Shown piece after piece: positions 1 through 11,484 of a DNA stretch of 64,000 nucleotides. Within the stretch, counting starts at the first letter, position 1. Every line of letters begins with the position of its first letter. Below the pieces are notes generated by a model that was given only the letters and a program-made list of their open reading frames with translations, did no database searches and was not told the origin of the DNA. The position numbers and the translations under genes were made by a program. The DNA comes from Epithemia pelagica (taxonomy: Eukaryota; Protista; Bacillariophyta), in assembly GCA_946965045.2 (NCBI GenBank), contig OX337237.1:3369039-3433038 (forward strand), read 5' to 3'.

Positions 1-2308
1 AGTAGGGGGATGAAATTCCGTTGGCATCCGGTTCGCATGCTTCGTGGGCCTCTCGACGCCAATCCCAAAACCGTTTGATCAAGTCATCTCCCAGGCCACC
101 GACGGCCATACGTGGAGAGCCCCAGTCTTCAATGCGATTCGCCTGGCCTTGCATAACACAAGAGTCTTCCAGAGCAATGTGGTAGTTCCAATTGTTGACC
201 AAAAGAGTGAGGATGGGTCGGACGAGTGGTATCCCTGTGATTGTCGAAAGAATGGGTCCTCTTGGAAGATGCTGCCGAAGAAGCACCCGCGTTCGATGAG
301 GCGCAACCGGAATAATTTGAAACTCTTCTTCAAATCCACTGACCCCGCCGTGACGAACGATATTCGGAGGGTCAAAACGGATAAGCTTTTTTGGTCGTCC
401 ATCCTTTTCAATGGATCCCAAATGTCCCATCCCACAGTCATCCGTGAAAGCCTTGAGCTTCAATTTTGGTAGATTTGAGTTCTTCATGCCAATACTCTCG
501 ATTGGCGGGATACTCCCGTCATGTAGAAAGAACAAGTGCGGAGAATCGAGATTGTTTTCGACAATGTACGAGTAGTCGACCGCGTAATCCAGGACGGTGT
601 CGATCGTGACAGTCTCCATATCCCCTTTGCGGCGTGTTGGGAGCAAGGAAGGGTCCGCTTCCAACACATTGCCCCTCCAAACATAGACCAACCCATCGTG
701 TTCCACAACAGCGCGATTATTCCCACAGTTGGTTTTGGTCACTGACTTGAGAAAGTTGGAGCTACCCGTCCTCGCCGTGACATTCGCGTCTTCATCAACC
801 GTGTTGAGCGTTGGAATATTGACGCATTCTCCACCCTTTCCAAACCTCCACCCGTGGTAAAAGCACACGAGTTCGCCATTTTCGACTTTTCCCATGGACA
901 GAGGAACTGATCGATGAGGACATACATCCGCCGTCGCGACAAGCTCACCGGCCGAGTCGCGATAGATGACAATGGGCTCTCCCCATAGCCTTGTTCCAAA
1001 TGGTTTGCCATCTGATGTTTTCCGTCCCAGAACGGCATCCAGCGGCGTCTCGTAACCATCAATCTGCCAGGTGTAGGCAACAGCGTACCAGACCTTGTCA
1101 AAGCTCGGCTTCTTCAACAGCACCTGGTTATTGCTCTGAGTCGGTGTGTACGACTTGACAAGGCCGTCGACGCGGCTGCTAATGTGCTGGGCAATCTTCC
1201 CTTGTTGAGAAACTTGATCCAGCTGGCCTTGGGCAGTCTTACTGGAACGGGAGGCTGCCAGGCAAAAGTGGACGGCACCTCCCCATCGGGAACGGTGCTC
1301 CAAAAGATCCATGTTTGCCGTCTTGTCAAAGAAGATGGAAGCCTCGTTGGTGAATGGTACACTCACAAAGGGTTTGAGACTATCCGTCATGCAAACCATA
1401 CACTCAGCACCATTGTTTCCCTGTGGGGAACAAAACTCGAAAATATCGGGCATCATGTTGCGAATAGCGTCCTCATTGACGTAAAATAGAACCGCTTCGG
1501 AGACAAACAAGGTGGGAACACCCACTTGGAGTCCTCCTTTCTCTCGTAGTGTGTCAATAATGCCTACAGGAGAGTCGCCGCCACAGTCATTCAAATCAAA
1601 TGGGACAAGTTTGGGGCCTTTCCCTTCCAGATCCCAGGTAGGGTCATGCTCGTCTCGAAATTTCGCGTAGAGCTTCTCCTTGCCAGCGCAGACATCGGGC
1701 AGGTCTACTTCCATAAAGTTGATTTTGTCGTCGTGTGCGTGACGAAATCTCAAGGATCTCGTATCGTATCCTGCACCGAACAAGACGATATTACACTCGA
1801 CGGCATTTCCAGACTCATCGGTACATGCTGGACTTGTTAAAAAGTGGTCGACTGCTTTGTCAATAAAGTCTGTTCGTGCTTGAATCCATTCGGTAAACTT
1901 GACAATGGGATCGAACAAACGACTGCCACCCTCGGTGGTAACCAGACCGCGTGTGGTCGGTGGAAGAAACTTTTGCGCTACATCATCTTGGATCATACCT
2001 CTCTGGTTCAGGAGAGCTCTCACCCAAAGAACTCGAAGGTTCTTGCTGGAATCACTAATCGGATCCGGATCGAACGCATGAAGGAGGCCAAACGCAGCAC
2101 CAGTAAAAGCATCGGAAAGGATTCCAAACATGTTTTGTGAATCGGCCTCGCTGGTCTGTCCGGGTGCTTGCTGCAGTCTACTAGAGCTCGAAGGCAGGCC
2201 CGTGGCGCTAATACGAGCCGCCAAGTGTACAGGAGCCGTAAAAGCATGCGAGCTGACGGCAAAGAAAAGACCGAGACAAATCAGAACGGATCTCTTATGA
2301 GGCATCAT
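1..2308 (-). CDS. Predicted plastid-targeted fusion: LCM-family SAM-dependent carboxyl methyltransferase + Rieske [2Fe-2S]/mononuclear-iron oxygenase (CAO/PAO/Tic55-like); 3' end runs off the window
   Basis: Manual translation gives an open frame of 769 codons from ATG 2308 (MMPHKRSVLICLGLFFAVSSHAFTAP, signal peptide plus ASAFAP-like SHA|F) to the window edge with no stop found. LCM motifs: ARTDFID, IVLFGAGYDTR (1777-1757), EVDLPDV, TLFVSEAVLFY. Rieske motif CPHR-x15-CFYHGW (922-854). Fe site ENNLDSPHLFFLH (559-521). Late EDxxVxQGQ. Absent from the ORF track because there is no stop in the window. Confidence 0.9.
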   Translation of the reverse strand, partial: MMPHKRSVLICLGLFFAVSSHAFTAPVHLAARISATGLPSSSSRLQQAPGQTSEADSQNMFGILSDAFTGAAFGLLHAFDPDPISDSSKNLRVLWVRALLNQRGMIQDDVAQKFLPPTTRGLVTTEGGSRLFDPIVKFTEWIQARTDFIDKAVDHFLTSPACTDESGNAVECNIVLFGAGYDTRSLRFRHAHDDKINFMEVDLPDVCAGKEKLYAKFRDEHDPTWDLEGKGPKLVPFDLNDCGGDSPVGIIDTLREKGGLQVGVPTLFVSEAVLFYVNEDAIRNMMPDIFEFCSPQGNNGAECMVCMTDSLKPFVSVPFTNEASIFFDKTANMDLLEHRSRWGGAVHFCLAASRSSKTAQGQLDQVSQQGKIAQHISSRVDGLVKSYTPTQSNNQVLLKKPSFDKVWYAVAYTWQIDGYETPLDAVLGRKTSDGKPFGTRLWGEPIVIYRDSAGELVATADVCPHRSVPLSMGKVENGELVCFYHGWRFGKGGECVNIPTLNTVDEDANVTARTGSSNFLKSVTKTNCGNNRAVVEHDGLVYVWRGNVLEADPSLLPTRRKGDMETVTIDTVLDYAVDYSYIVENNLDSPHLFFLHDGSIPPIESIGMKNSNLPKLKLKAFTDDCGMGHLGSIEKDGRPKKLIRFDPPNIVRHGGVSGFEEEFQIIPVAPHRTRVLLRQHLPRGPILSTITGIPLVRPILTLLVNNWNYHIALEDSCVMQGQANRIEDWGSPRMAVGGLGDDLIKRFWDWRREAHEACEPDANGISSPY

Positions 2309-2721
2309 GGCCCCTCGTTTAGCTCTGTTGGTGTCGGCAATCGAAAAAAGGTATCTTGGTGGTTGTTGTTTTGATTGGGCACGGGGCACGGTGAGTGCCG
2401 ATTCTCGAAATCTTCTTGGATGCATGTTCAAGATGTCAAGAATTCGGGTTCGGTCCATCTGCTACAGATGGTATCTTGTAGAGTAGTGTACTTTTTAAAG
2501 GAGGGTCCCCCGGCGCGTAGGTCATGAATACGCGTGGAAGCTTTTGAGACACTCCGTCTCAAGTCTCAAAAGCATTTATGACTGCCATAGTATGGCATAT
2601 TCCACACAGTCTCCACGCAAAGGGCTTCCACGCGTTTTGCTCTGTTACAAACATATCCTCTCCGAGAGGATATGTCCTCTCGTGCTGCTATTTCTTGTCG
2701 ACGTTATAAAGCGCCGGGACC

Positions 2722-3804
2722 ATGACAACGACTCTGCAAAAGCAAGCATGGCAGTCGGGCCTTGTCCTTGTAGATGACACAGAAGAATGGAATGAAAGAG
2801 ACTGGCCTCCTCTCGAGGGAGGATGGCGTATGGGTCATGCTTCGGTCGTACTGAATCATACCGATAACAACCAGGAACAAACCGTCGTCGTGTTGGGCGG
2901 ATATCAAGCAGGCCAGGGCAGTGTCGATTCCATTCTTGTATTGAACTTGGCAGAATCAAACAAGCAGTGGCGAGAAGGGCCACCCATGAACAAGAAACGT
3001 TGTGGGCATGCCGCTGTTGTGTGCAAAGGAGGTGTTTATGTTGTTGGAGGAGAATACAATAATAGCTATTCAAGTTTGAATTGCATCGAAAGAATTGATT
3101 ACAATGATTTGCTGCAACCAATTTTGACTTCAAGCAGCACACATGAGAGTCATTGGACAACATTGACATGTCGATTATCAACGGGCGGGTGTGGATGTTG
3201 TGCTATTGCGGTTCACAACCGTTACATCGTTGTAATGGGTGGCTACAACGATCGTTGTTCGTCCTCAGTCGATATTGTTGATACCAGGAATGAAACTGTC
3301 ACTGCTGGACCATCCATGACTGTTCCTCGACAATTATGTGCCAGTGCGGCAATTGGTCACCGCATTTTTCTCGTTGGAGGCCAAAACGAGAGTGGCAATC
3401 TTGACTCGGTGGAGTACATTGACTTTGCAATGATTTGTGATAATGAAAAGACAAGAAAGGAAACTGGCTCGACGTTCATTTCTTTCTCACCCACTTGGAC
3501 CACTCATTCGGAGTTGGGGCTTTCCAATGCAAGCAGCTTTTGTGCAATTGTCGCCGTGGGATCGTGTCTGGTTGTTGCCGGAGAAAAGCTTCAAACCCTC
3601 GAAGTCTTGGACACGCACCGCAACCGCGTTTGGAATCTGCCACCATTCGGACATGACCGCGATGGCAGCATTATGGTGACTGCTGCCAATCAAGTTGCCG
3701 TTATAAGTGGCTTTGGCAATCCTTCCTGTGCAACATTAGGAATAATCGACAAGAATACATGGTGTTTTCGTCGACTCTGTGAGCAAGAGCCCAGCGGATG
3801 GTAG
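2722..3804 (+). CDS. Kelch-repeat six-blade beta-propeller protein, copy K1 (360 aa, intact)
   Basis: Blades with R-x-x-H/C...V-GG...W spacing (VVLGGY, VYVVGG, IVVMGGY, IFLVGG); conserved N-terminus QAWQSGLV and C-terminus WCFRRLCEQ. Blades 5 and 6 have lost GG (GE, SG). Confidence 0.9.
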   Translation: MTTTLQKQAWQSGLVLVDDTEEWNERDWPPLEGGWRMGHASVVLNHTDNNQEQTVVVLGGYQAGQGSVDSILVLNLAESNKQWREGPPMNKKRCGHAAVVCKGGVYVVGGEYNNSYSSLNCIERIDYNDLLQPILTSSSTHESHWTTLTCRLSTGGCGCCAIAVHNRYIVVMGGYNDRCSSSVDIVDTRNETVTAGPSMTVPRQLCASAAIGHRIFLVGGQNESGNLDSVEYIDFAMICDNEKTRKETGSTFISFSPTWTTHSELGLSNASSFCAIVAVGSCLVVAGEKLQTLEVLDTHRNRVWNLPPFGHDRDGSIMVTAANQVAVISGFGNPSCATLGIIDKNTWCFRRLCEQEPSGW

Positions 3805-3899
3805 TGGAAGGAATGAGTATCCGAGATGCTGATATCTCACCCCTCTCCATCTCGACATCAGCTTAAAAACGAGCAAGGCCCAATACGCGTGTCATGGTG

Positions 3900-5050
3900 A
3901 CAAAGGGAAGGATCAAGCCTAGCCGTTTATTTCTCGAGTGATGGACTTGTTTTCTACATTCGATTGCAATCCTAGAAACTTGTATTAAGTGTTTACACAA
4001 AAGTAGAAACAATATGTCGCAAGATAGAAGGTGCTTGTTTTTTTGTCAAAGGCGGGGAAGGAACGCCCGATTTGTGTACCTCTACAAGTGCTGGTACTAC
4101 GCTTCGGCCATTACCTGTACCTCCTGTCAGTTGTGGGACAGTGCCACCACCGTGACTGTGCAGTAGTGACCAGAATCGGGTACTTTGCGGTGGCATCATG
4201 GCTCTCTACATAGCACAGAGTCGTTCTCCATGGATTGGTAGCTGTGGCAGGGAGGCCACCAACCGGTGAGAGGAGCAGGAACAGAAGCACGCCAAGGCGA
4301 AACCTTGTTGGACCTGATGTTGTCCGCTTCGAATGGTTCTTCTTCGAAAGATGGCAAGGGGTCGAGTTTGGATGAAAGTAAGGAGGGAGGACCGTATCAT
4401 ATCCAATTCCGACATGATGGCCAAGAACAGGTTGTCCCTTTCGGAGGAGTCTCCGTGCTCCAGTCGCGATGCCTTCTTCTAGCTGCTGTTGCATGTGAAT
4501 CGCAATACGTTGCTGCACTTGTCATGTGATGTCAAGCCGGAATGGCCCAATGAAGATGACGAGTCCAAGAAGATCCCCACCAAATCGGATCGAAGATCGT
4601 GCCAGTTGTCGCAATGGACCAGAACGAAAACAAGGAATCGAGTCTCGACGTTGCGACGAGACAGACAGGACACCTCCCCCCACCACTACTTTCTGTCGCA
4701 GCATTGCTCGTTCAATTGCTCATGCCTGGAAACATGCCGCTCCCCATCGCGATGTCTTGCCCCTCAATGCCAGTTCCCCGGAAACCTTGTTGCACGATTA
4801 CGACAACACTGTCGAACAGCAGTGTTGGACCTTGACCACTACATCCTTTGTGCATCGTACCGAACTCAGCAGCAGCAGCACCAACAACACAACCACGACA
4901 ACGAACGCCGCCGATCATGTCTTGGCCATTATGGAAGCCTTGTCACCCACACCGTATGAATGGATGTTCGAACACGAGTCGCCCGAAGCGGTTGTGTGGT
5001 CGAATGGTTTTGCTCGTCGGTGTCGAAATGGCGAAATTCGTGTGTCTGCT
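3900..5050 (+). repeat. Duplicated Kelch-downstream module; close paralog at ~41005-42130, more diverged partial copies at ~26290-27100 and ~33960-34200
   Basis: Long near-identical stretches, e.g. cctagccgtttatttctcgagt and gaatggttttgctcgtcggtgtcgaaatggcgaaattcgtgtgtctgctt, occur in both copies. Boundaries approximate. Confidence 0.85.
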
Positions 5051-6138
5051 TCTTGTTTGTCGTGGAATCGCCCGACCGTCTGGCTCGCTTATCACGCTGA
5101 TTGGGTGGAGTGTGGGTCGCTTCGACATTTGGTGCAATCACCACAACGCTGTCCCTGGTGTGCACCAGACACCAACACGCTCTGTATCAACCACTCATGT
5201 GTGTGGCTTCTGTGGTCATCCCAGCGAATCAAATATACCTGGACAGGAACTGAAGGAAACTCTCATGCCGTTGTGTACAACCAGCATGTGTCCGCACAGG
5301 AAGGGGGCGTCGGGATTTGCCGGGGATCCGACCAAGTCGACCGCAATCACACGACAATTCCCAAATCTTGATTTCCGTCCTCATCCACTCGCACTGGAAT
5401 AGTTGCTTGTGTCAAGCAAGCAGGGAAACAGATGGATCCAAGCGACGACTCATCTGGTCCACTTTTCCTGTTGATGGAAATCTTGTTGGTTGATCAGCGC
5501 ATGTTGTGGATTTTGTTGCTGTCGATTTGGGAATGGAAACAAAAGCAGCAGAGTGTCAGGAATGGTTGATGCCTTTCCACTTTTCTCATCCTCCTCTTAG
5601 AAGAACGGCCATTGTTTCCGTTGAAAATTGTAGTGGGTCGCTGGATTCTCGTCTATCGTAGTCTGCAGGGAGGAGCGACGGCTCCAGACCATGGCCATTA
5701 TTTGTGTTTGTGGTGTCATTGGTCGGAATGACTCCCCATCGAAAGCTATCGTATCTTTGCCGCGATTTGCATTCTGATTTCTTGCAGAGATTTGAACCGG
5801 ATCGCGCGGGATTTTAGAGAAGCTCTGCTAGCCGTGCTACCTTGTAGCTATGAGGTGTGATTTTCGGAGGGCATGAGTAACGCTATAATCTATGGCACAT
5901 TTAGTATGACAAAACCTGTGGTTGTTGTCCATCTAAAAGTTTGTACCATCCATGAGAGCTGGCTACATGACACTCTTTGTACCCACCTTGGAATGTGGTT
6001 GTTTGTATTCGGACTTGGTTTGTAACAAGCAAAAGCTATGCTGTTCCATCCATCAGGACGCGACATACACCTCTTGTTTTGGAACCTGACTCCTCGTTGT
6101 CATAGCGACGGTCATGATATTGCATGCGTACCAAATGG

Positions 6139-9100
6139 TCAGTCATTCTTGGAAGGTTTGCGTCGTTTCCTTTGCCTAGGCAAAGGATCAGGCAAAGGAT
6201 CCTGGTGCGAGGTATAATCTTCGTTGCACCGGCGCTCTCGTGTAGTTGAGAGAGCGTGTTCCTGATGGATTTTGAAACAAGAGATCACCTCTTTTGCGAC
6301 CTCTGCCATGTTACCAACCAACTGTTTGTATCTGGAATCTGTTGCGTTCAAGTCCGCATAGCAACAACAACCAGGCAACCGCTTAGGTCCAGTTCAAGAA
6401 GTCACACATGAATTTTTCCTACCGGTGTTGTCGGGAAACACTTACCATAGACATTTCCGCCACCAATGGTACACCTATGTATGGACGGTAGTTTAGTTGG
6501 AAACAAACCAATGAAATCATTGATCCATTCGCTCGCATCCCGAGTACAAATTGCCGGTGTTGACGCACTCGCTGTAGAGCGACAGGGCGGAAGAACCCAT
6601 TGGCATCCTGGGAAGGCGTCCACTACCACTGGACTGAGAATCGAATGTGGGCAAGCCATTTCATTCCGAGATAATGCACAGAGAAGTTCAGCAATCGGCC
6701 ATTTCTTTTGGACATAATGTGTAGTTGTCACACACACAACCACTCCTGCTGTTAATACATGCGTCAACATGGTCACTTCCGGATCTGGCTGTTGTCCGGG
6801 CTTCATGGTCTTCTCTGCCACAAAGATATTGAGTGTGTTGCCGCCACCAGCTGCGATTTGCAACTGATCCTCCAAACTGGTGACGTAGTCAAACTCACGT
6901 TCTTTCCGAACTTCCCCAGCAAAAGAAATGAAAATGTCGTGTTCCGGTTTCTGGTTTTCAGAAGGAAGCTTGCCAAGCATCATCTTTGCCACCTCAATTC
7001 CAAATCTCAAAATTTCTTGAAGCTTCTCTTTCTGGTGTTCAGACATCTGTTTCAGTGCCTCTGTTCCACACATCTTAAGTCGTATCTTATTGATTTTTGC
7101 AAGTACCGCCGATACTTCCAAAAGTCGTTCGCCGTGTTCGACAAAGCTCCATGACCGCATCGAATCTAACTTGGTAATCAGAGTATGCCCAATTAGAAAG
7201 GTAAGATCAAGAGATGTATCCAAACATTCCACGTCTTCACTTATTCGCGCAATAATCAGCCCAAGGAAGTTGACATTCTCGCCCATTAGCGAATTACTTT
7301 TGGTTTTGGTAATGAGACTGCATTCTTGAGTTATTTCGTTGCTCGTGGCCTGATAACGACCGGCTGTTAACAACGGAACGTTGGGTCGATGAATAGAGGA
7401 AGAAAGAGCATTTTCTTGATTTGTTCCGACATGAATGGTGTGCCATGGACGACCATCAATGGAAAGAAACAACCTCCGAAATGCTTCATCAGATAAGGGC
7501 ATGTGGGAGATAGAGAACCAAGACCATGTGGTGTTTCCTTCCAAAAAGTTACGCAGTAACCGTGCTCCCAGCTGGCCAATCTCGGTATGGGATAAATTCA
7601 TACATCGCCAATCACGATTGCTCTTCATACCTTCAACCAGCGCCTTGAATCCAGTGTCATTTAGATGTGTGTGCGCTAGATCAAAGATTTGCCATTGAGG
7701 ACTGTTTTGTAACAGGTCCGCAACGGCATTGGCTCCCTCCTCCCCAATGTCCAGATGACTCAACGACAAACGAACCCAATCGACATGGTCTTGTCGTCTA
7801 GATGCAAGAACGGCTGATGGCATGGAAGCACTGGTGCTGTTAATGTTCTTAGCTGATGCACCGTCACCTTGGATTGACTGGATCATTCGAAGGGCTGCGG
7901 GAAAGGTCAACCGTGGCGTGTGGTGCAGTGAAATGGTCCGAGGAATGGTAAACCGTCGACCGACACGGAGTGCCCGATTTGAAGCCAGCATGCACAAATC
8001 CATCGATTGCCAGCATTGTCCCAAATACTCTGCCATTTCCAGGGCATCGGTTGCTTTGACGTGATTGGTAAGGAATAAATTCGTAATGGTTTCTGCCGTC
8101 AGTCCAATTTCGCCTGGATGATTCTCTAGCAAAAAGGGCAGGTGCTGAATGAGGTCGGGTTTGTCGCCACGCTTGGACGGAAACCAAAGCACCAACGAGT
8201 TCCAATTCTTCACCAACTGTTGGAGAATGGCAGGACCAACCTTGAGCCACGGCCCAATTTCGTGATATTCTACATGTAAAACAAACCGTTCCCAGCTTGG
8301 TGACGTTTTTAACAGATTGGCCAACATTTCCACCCCTTGGTCGGGAGTGTCATCAGGGAGACTCAAAACAAAATATTTCCAAGAGGTTTGTCGACGGAGA
8401 CCCTTGGCTAGTATGTCGGCATGTGTTGCCTTTTCTAAATCCATATCAAACACTCGCCAGACTGAGTTGCCATGCAGTGATTTGGCAATGGATACCAGTT
8501 CTCCATCAAAATCATATGGACATGTATAGCGAAACGTTTCCCAGCATTGATTGCAACGCAAGGCACATGACAATGCTTCCAATTCATAGTCGCGGATCCT
8601 CTGAACCCGTGTACCATATCGTACCTCAAGTTGGAAAGATTTCCATGTTTTGTTGACACTCAAGGCTTCACCCAAGGCTTTGACTCCATTCACAGAAGAA
8701 AACTGTATGTCCCAGAGCTCGAAGTTGGTCCATTGGGTATTTTGTTGCAGTGCTTTTGCCAGTGCGTCAACTCCTTCATCTTCAAGGTTCGTTTCATAAA
8801 GCACTAAGTTCTTCCAAGCATGATTGTTGCTCAAAACGCCAACCAGTGCTTTCAATCCACGCGATCCAAAATCGCATTTATAACTCACCAAGGTGTCCCA
8901 GGACGGATTCGTATAGAGGGCATTTGCCAACCGAACCGCCGTTTGGTCGTCCAGGCCTTTGACGCCAGACAAGCCTAGCCATGGAATTGGTGCGGTGGTT
9001 TGGATGAATGCCCGGGCGAGCGCTTCAATGCCCACGTCACCGATATCCGTATCTTCGAGGAACAGAAAGGACCAATCCACATTAGCACGTCCTCTGCCCC

Positions 9101-9353
9101 TGACATCTCTATCCAAATCGAGAATGGCTTGTGCAGTGCGGTCAATGGCTTTGGTGTTGGTCAATCTTGGCAAAAACGGTTCTTTCCCAAAGTGCTCCAC
9201 CATTCGTTGTTTCATCTTGGGGCTGATCCGGGTACGTCGCAATCGATATGGATCGCATTCGTTCATTTCAGGGTTGTTTACGTCCATTGTCGTTTCTGGA
9301 AGAGGCATGGTGCGGTCCATTGGCTCGTTGAGGTCGAAAGTCGTTGTTGTCAT
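6139..9353 (-). CDS. LRR (ribonuclease-inhibitor-like) plus C-terminal TIR domain protein; probable intron 6445-6339 joining a last exon
   Basis: 983-aa ORF with ~28-aa repeats (LFLEDTDIGDVGIEALARAF, LVLYETNLEDEGVDALAKAL, LSLSHLDIGEEGANAVADLL). TIR starts ~6941: HDIFISFAG, IFVAEKTMKPG, VVVCVTTTHYVQKKWPIAEL (Glu at 6689-6687). A GTAAGT donor at 6445 and a phase-compatible CAG acceptor at 6339 would fuse it to ORF 6139-6378 (splice is inferred). Confidence 0.85.
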
Positions 9354-10059
9354 CGTTTTAATAGATATATGATTCCTATATCATGCACAGAGAGGCCAAA
9401 AAGATCTTGTGTTCGTGGTTCGTGATGCCATTCCAGCACCTCGGCGGGGAACATGTGAATGCGTACAGTCTTCTCTATTCTGGTGAGTATGCGAAGCGCG
9501 AGGAATCCTTCATGGGTCGCAGCAAAAGTCGCAACCTCCTCGCAACCTCCTGTTGTGAGGGGGTTCGGATTCTCAGACAGACAATGTCAGTTCTGTGTCG
9601 TCATCTACAGCATCGGCATAGAGTGATCCTTACATGTGACACAACACGAGACAGAAAAGGAGATAGAGAGAAGACGAAAGACGAACCATCGTTACTGTTC
9701 GACGGCCAGACGAAGTATGTGTGGTCGATGGTCGACGACAATGGACGAGATGGACCGACTGTCGGTGTGTTCCACGGCTGGAAGCTTTTCAACGAATTGC
9801 GTACCTATACAGCAATTGGTCCGGTGTCCTTACCGACATGCTCGTTCGTCTTTACTTTTGTCGGTGCTTTTCGTAGAAGACGCCGAACGAGGTTCACCGT
9901 TTGCCTGCACCGTACCAAGCCATGTCAGCCTTGGCCCTTTTTATTGCTGGTGTTTTTCGCGAGAGGCACCACGAAACGCTCTACTAATACTTGGGCGACG
10001 CATCCCAACGGACCTGAGCCAGTAAAACGACAACAACTGGCCTCCTGTCGAACGACGAT

Positions 10060-11480
10060 CGACGTTTGTACGGTCCAGTAGCTCAAGCAAGTTCAGTGTC
10101 GTTGCTTCTCGGTCGACTCGGCGTTCGTTTGGAACCAACAACCAGACAGACTGTGGAGCATTCATTGCATGGTTGGATATTCCATGGCACTGTGATTCTG
10201 ATGCGTGGAAATGCCAACCAGATCACGAAAATACTCTACTCAACCACCCATTTCAAGTGACACCAGCAACAACCACAAAACATCACCTTCATCACTGTTA
10301 TGGGCATTCTCCGTTTACGCTTCAAGGGCTGCAGCAACTTGATTGTTCTGTTTCAGCTTTCTTACTGTCCAAGTACTCTTCTTACCACCTGAAACGTTCC
10401 ACTGGGTCCCCAAAGCCACATGGTGGCCACCTATTCTTGTTGGCACCCAACAACAAATTGTTGTTCTACTTCTAGAGGGGATTGAAAACTTGGTTGCAGG
10501 CAATGAGCATCCTGCCATTCTTGCTGTACGAGTCGAGGGGATGACGGAGGAGCACATGCCCAATCGGTATACTGCTAGTTCCCATGGGCGCTTGGCAGAG
10601 CTCGGACAATGGCGGAATAGAGAGACGACGGAATGACGAACAATGCCGCAATCAGTGCAGCCGCAGTAATAGGTGTGGCAGCGACAGCACCGAGGATGCA
10701 GAACCGTTGACAATCTGTCCTTCCTCATGTACAAAACTCCGTCCATAGGTTTTCTTTTACGGCGAAAGAGCCTCGAGATAGTCTGCCCAACGACCCCACG
10801 GTTCCCGTGGGCAATCAGTGTTTGTGATGAGACTCTCTCGATCGACCAAGTGGTCCCAGCAGTTGTTCGTCTTCCCAACAACATCCTAACGCTAAATGAG
10901 CAATAAGAACACGAGCGATCCACCGGGCCAAAACAAGTGTGGTGGAAGCAAATTCTCTTCTGATTTAGCGCATTCCTCTTCAATGTGAGGAAAGATCAGC
11001 AATGATGGGTACGTGGAATCTCTTGTTTCGTGTAATGTGTACATCACCATCCCATGGGTCCCTCCGTAAGAAGAGAAGCTGTGGTTATCAAAAACAGAGA
11101 CTCGGACTGGAAAGAGATCCTCTAGGTAGTCATGAGCGCATCGGAAGAACCTATGGATGCAACACAAGGAAACAGAGAAATGGATAGGAGCCATACATAT
11201 CAGTGGTTGTCTTTCTCGCCATGAGGATTATTTCGATATCCAAAAACTCTCATGGAACTCCAAACAAGAATGCGTGATGTTCTTCATTGCGTGGCTATTG
11301 TCACGATTTGATGTCTCGTGACGAAAGCTCCTACCCCTCTTTGGTCCATCCATTTCGTGCAGTCAGTCGTGCTTCCAGTCCGCACCCATCAGCATCAGCA
11401 TCGCAACAAAAGAGCAAACCTACGTGCCTCTTACAAGGCAGTGTCTCGATCCCCATAAATTCGCTGCAGTCATTGTGTGG
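10060..11480 (+). repeat. Duplicated Kelch-upstream module; paralogs at ~23720-24660 and ~49660-50930
   Basis: Shared blocks such as cccaatcggtatactgctagttcccatgggcgcttggc and ctcatggaactccaaacaagaatgcgtg precede K2, K3 and K10. About 11205-11395 is almost identical to 24377-24582. Boundaries approximate. Confidence 0.85.
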
Positions 11481-11484
11481 AGCC

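Noticed and set aside
44-2262. Short ORFs listed in the track over 44-2262
   Set aside because: Shadow frames of the long minus-strand methyltransferase-Rieske gene. Most sub-150-aa ORFs overlapping Kelch and TE genes are rejected for the same reason.
4526-5371. 281-aa ORF and its paralog 41572-42276 as real genes
   Set aside because: Low complexity with no recognisable domain. Several inspected differences between copies are nonsynonymous, the ends differ, and related copies (~29890, ~45770) are frameshifted. At most a decayed gene.
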